Part shown: positions 8,210 through 9,920 of the stretch, piece by piece | Layout of the letters: each line of letters begins with the position of its first letter | How positions within the stretch are numbered: the first letter of the stretch is position 1 | IMG/VR virus record: IMGVR_UViG_2690316105_000015 | Location: 1-9,920 of that record | Length of the DNA stretch: 9,920 nt | From: a virus | Lineage: Duplodnaviria > Heunggongvirae > Uroviricota > Caudoviricetes | Strand: one strand, 5' to 3' | Translations under genes and position numbers: made by a program | The notes under the pieces: generated by a model | Seen by the model: only the letters and a program-made list of their open reading frames with translations | Told to the model about the DNA's origin: nothing | Database searches by the model: none

Positions 8210-9844
8210 TTATCGTTGTAAGAGTGATTTAATATTGTTGGCGACTACTTCAGGATTATTATCATAGACCATATAAAGCTTATCACTAAGTAAAGGTAAT
8301 GATAGGTTTACGACCTCCTCGTCTTCTTTTTTTAATAAGGTCAAAAGTTTTACGTCGCCACTCGATATTTCGCTGGCTAAAACTGCTCTTAATTCTTTTT
8401 GAGGCCATTCCTTATTGACTGAATTAGCAGATAAAATAGCGATGACATATTTTGATTTAACTAGTGCTGCATTTATTTTCTCAATTAAGGAGTCGCCCCA
8501 TTTTATCTCAACATGATCTATGAAGGCTGAAATTTTAAGTTTAGTTAACTCGTCATATATTGGAATTGCAATGTCTTTTTTGTCTTCGCTTGCATGGCAT
8601 ATAAAAACATCAAAGTTTTCTGTTTCTTTCATTGCTCGCAATCCTTCTTGGGTTTTTAATGGATCGTTATGACTCATGTATGACATCAGTTTTAAATATC
8701 CTGGATAGTCTTTCCCTCTAACCATTTTTATAAAGCTAAGCCTTCCATAAATATGATTTCGGAAAATTTGAATTGCGTGGTTATTATCCTTTGCCTGATA
8801 TCCTTTTTCTGTAGCAAAGAGAAGTGCATACTTTAGCTTATCATCTGTCCATCTATGAATCATTGAACGTGTAATTCTTATATATCTTCTGTTAATGTTA
8901 ACTTTATCATTAACCACTAAGCCAGTAACACTTTGTCTTGTATTTCTGGTTTGAACTCTAAACTTATCATAATTTATTTTAAAGCCATTTTTTGAAATAA
9001 TATTGTCTATAGTTTCACTAAGACTATAACTTCCGTCATCGTTTTTTTTGATTATATCAATATTTCTCTGATTGAAAGAAAAAGTTATGTCGTCAGCATA
9101 CCTAGAATAAGATATTTTTTTTCTTCCTGCAAATTGGGTGAGCTGTTTGTCTAGAGAAGCTGATGCAATATTTGCTAATATTGGCGATGTACACGCACCT
9201 TGAGGTAATTTTCCATTGTGAGTACATAACTGAGCTAAAACAGTAGCTGCTGGATGAGCAAAATTAAAAGGTTTACTTTTAAATATTCCATAAACCCTGG
9301 CAAAACTTATTGATTCGAAATAGTTTTCTAGGTCAATGTTTACGACAAAATTTTTTTTAATATGCATCCCAGCATTAGTAATGATGCTCTTTCCTTTTAT
9401 AAAACCATGAGCAGATTTCTTTGGCCTGTAGAAATATTCAAGAACGGGCTTTAGTCTCGTTTGGAGTATCGATAGACCGCCACAAGGAGCATTAATGACT
9501 CTTTTTTTACCATTCTTCTTTTCTATTTCAAAAGTACGATAATTATCTTTTTTACGATATAGTATATAAAGTAATTGGCCAGCAGGAACTCCAAGTAAAT
9601 TGGCAATATCACTTACTGATGTTATAGCAATTTCCCCTGACTCAATCAATATACATATTTTAATCAGGTTATCAGGGGGAGTAACTTCAGTGCTAGTAAG
9701 TGTGTGGTTTATCCATTTAATTTTATGTCCATTGCTGTATGGTTTAGGTTCAATTTGAGGAAGTTCAGATATGAAGTCAGGGCTTTTTTTATTGGCTAAT
9801 GCGAAGTTATGCATTAATAATTTATCATGTAGCGACAAAACCAA
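8210..9844 (-). CDS. Retron-type reverse transcriptase fused to a C-terminal TIR domain (RT-TIR; candidate anti-phage defence effector). The true start is probably the TTG at 9838-9836 or the ATG at 9814-9812 rather than the TTG at 9844
   Basis: 544-codon ORF in AT-rich DNA. RT motifs in the expected order: AHGF, NAGMH (NAxxH), VNIDLENYFESI, LPQGACTSPILANI, YADD (codons at 9089-9100, catalytic motif C) and QSVTGLVVNDKVN (the VTG motif typical of retron RTs). C-terminal region about aa 411-500 (about 8345-8614): FDVFICHASEDKKDIAIPIYDEL...YVIAILSANSVNKEWPQKELRAVL, a typical bacterial TIR signature including the conserved Glu (E484, codon 8393-8395). AGGAG at 9849-9845 gives a 6-nt spacing to the TTG at 9838. 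Confidence 0.88.
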   Translation of the reverse strand: MVLSLHDKLLMHNFALANKKSPDFISELPQIEPKPYSNGHKIKWINHTLTSTEVTPPDNLIKICILIESGEIAITSVSDIANLLGVPAGQLLYILYRKKDNYRTFEIEKKNGKKRVINAPCGGLSILQTRLKPVLEYFYRPKKSAHGFIKGKSIITNAGMHIKKNFVVNIDLENYFESISFARVYGIFKSKPFNFAHPAATVLAQLCTHNGKLPQGACTSPILANIASASLDKQLTQFAGRKKISYSRYADDITFSFNQRNIDIIKKNDDGSYSLSETIDNIISKNGFKINYDKFRVQTRNTRQSVTGLVVNDKVNINRRYIRITRSMIHRWTDDKLKYALLFATEKGYQAKDNNHAIQIFRNHIYGRLSFIKMVRGKDYPGYLKLMSYMSHNDPLKTQEGLRAMKETENFDVFICHASEDKKDIAIPIYDELTKLKISAFIDHVEIKWGDSLIEKINAALVKSKYVIAILSANSVNKEWPQKELRAVLASEISSGDVKLLTLLKKEDEEVVNLSLPLLSDKLYMVYDNNPEVVANNIKSLLQR

Positions 9845-9920
9845 CTCCTATCGGATTGTAGGTAATGACTCCAACTTATTGATAGTGTTTTATGTTCAGA
9901 TAATGCCCGATGACTTTGTC

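Noticed and set aside
9040-9360. A8 homopolymer tracts within the RT coding sequence (T runs on the + strand at 9042-9049, 9115-9122, 9351-9358) as possible slipped-strand phase-variation switches
   Set aside because: They encode Lys-Lys-Asn/Ile in an AT-rich gene where such runs arise from codon bias. No out-of-frame copy or length heterogeneity is visible in a single sequence, so phase variation is speculation.
9842-9844. TTG at 9844 as the RT-TIR start (ORF-track start)
   Set aside because: AGGAG (9849-9845) abuts this codon with zero spacing. The TTG at 9838-9836 (6-nt spacing) or the ATG at 9814-9812 are more plausible starts; gene identity is unaffected.
8110-9865. 10-bp inverted repeat TTACCTACAA (8110-8119) / TTGTAGGTAA (9856-9865) flanking the RT-TIR gene, as possible cassette terminal repeats
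   Set aside because: The match does not extend beyond 10 bp, and a 10-mer inverted match is expected by chance in AT-rich DNA of this size. Without extension or target-site duplications it is not evidence of a mobile-element boundary.
1-9920. CRISPR array, tRNA/rRNA genes, integrase/att sites
   Set aside because: No regularly spaced direct repeats with unique spacers, no tRNA-like cloverleaf candidates and no integrase ORF were seen. The only notable direct repeat is the stf duplication around the N gap.

Overview
The window holds the distal tail module of a lambda-like (lambdoid) prophage on the + strand: a 5'-truncated host-specificity/central tail fibre gene J, the outer-membrane moron lom bracketed by two clean intrinsic terminators, the side tail fibre gene stf (interrupted by a 13-N gap flanked by a 182-bp duplication) and the tail fibre assembly gene tfa. 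Downstream is a decayed Pin/Gin-type serine invertase remnant. After about position 8040 the composition changes abruptly to AT-rich DNA carrying, on the - strand, a single large gene whose product reads as a retron-type reverse transcriptase fused to a C-terminal TIR domain. This is the most interesting element: a candidate retron (RT-TIR) anti-phage defence cassette inserted at the tail-fibre end of the prophage. Its non-coding msr/msd RNA is expected just upstream of the RT start, largely beyond the right edge of the window. All calls are from reading the sequence and remembered family motifs; no database search was run.
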